Positions 23,923 to 24,348 of a stretch of 24,348 nucleotides of DNA are shown in pieces. Location: positions 1 through 24,348 of the forward strand of contig JBKHHG010000007.1 in NCBI GenBank assembly GCA_046539225.1, given 5' to 3'. The stretch comes from Candidatus Nanohaloarchaea archaeon (GTDB lineage: Archaea; Nanohalarchaeota; Nanosalinia; Nanosalinales; Nanosalinaceae). The number at the start of each line of letters is the position of its first letter. The stretch's first letter is position 1. The notes under the pieces were generated by a model. That model was not told the DNA's origin, did not search any database, and worked only from the letters and a program-made list of their open reading frames with translations. Made by a program: the position numbers and the translations under genes.

Positions 23923-24213
23923 TTGGCAACAGAGTCCGAAATTCGATACGTTTCTAAACTGGATCAACTCAAATCACATACTGAAAAAGGGGAGGTAGAA
24001 ATTGCTTCATCGGAGGAAGCCACTTTCAAGCTGTATGATGGAGTTCAGAGCTTCGAGTTAGTCTATCAAGATGGAAAGCTCATCCAACGCAGCAGATTCG
24101 GGCCTGAAAAATCCTTCGGAGAGTATGGAACACCTGAAGAAGCTGCCGAAGCCTTAGAAGATGCCCTTGGAATCAACCTCTCCATAGAAGAAGAACTATC
24201 ACCTAACACATAG
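23923..24213 (+). CDS. Hypothetical small acidic protein
   Basis: 96-aa ORF with a TTG start and acidic composition like its neighbours; fills the gap between the NUDIX gene and dph6; no family recognised. Confidence 0.55.
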   Translation: MATESEIRYVSKLDQLKSHTEKGEVEIASSEEATFKLYDGVQSFELVYQDGKLIQRSRFGPEKSFGEYGTPEEAAEALEDALGINLSIEEELSPNT

Positions 24214-24348
24214 AATCAGGAAAACCAACGACCTTGGTCTCGTACTCACCGCCTTCACCGGCCGCATTGAAACCGTACTCCCGGGAAAGCTGTATCAGCT
24301 CTTCTACTTTTTCTTCATCCAGAACGGTTCCAATCCATTCTTCGTCGA
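24203..24348 (-). CDS. dph6: 3' end of diphthine--ammonia ligase (Dph6 family); gene enters from the right edge
   Basis: My minus-strand translation DEEWIGTVLDEEKVEELIQLSREYGFNAAGEGGEYETKVVGFPDSMC* contains the GEGGE(Y/F)ET signature. Confidence 0.82.
   Translation of the reverse strand, partial: DEEWIGTVLDEEKVEELIQLSREYGFNAAGEGGEYETKVVGFPDSMC

Noticed and set aside
23659..24348. AGGCCT-free stretch as a sign of foreign DNA
   Set aside because: Gaps of similar size occur in native genes (1747-2474, 11936-12549) and are expected at a mean spacing of about 180 bp.

Overview
This is archaeal chromosomal DNA with a strongly acidic proteome and dense gene packing. I infer a Nanohaloarchaeota (DPANN) genome. 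The backbone is the conserved archaeal information-processing neighbourhood: rps6e, aIF2-gamma, PIN, rpoE1, spt4, rps24e, rps27ae, kae1, sua5, bud32, rps15, RecJ/GAN, rps3ae and an intron-containing tRNA-Lys(CTT). The window also carries K+ transport genes (TrkA/TrkH and two Kef-type antiporters), a photolyase, a secreted nuclease, an SDR, an MTH1-like NUDIX and the 3' end of dph6. Two things stand out. (1) The palindrome AGGCCT occurs about 138 times by manual count, against about 6 expected. It is found in all three reading frames, in intergenic DNA and in the tRNA intron, like the cyanobacterial HIP1 element. (2) A 6.3-kb block inserted between aIF2-gamma and the PIN gene encodes four ATP-grasp ligases, a DUF1704/MATCAP-like metallocarboxypeptidase, and an MscS-type membrane protein fused to a C39-like domain that has lost its catalytic residues. 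This is a candidate peptide-tag (polyglutamylation) writer/eraser system. Smaller items are a structured rps15 leader, a 44-bp identical tract shared by two paralogues, a hairpin-rich tRNA intron and flank, and a secreted-protein gene that appears to start at ATC. All calls come from reading motifs by eye; no searches were run.
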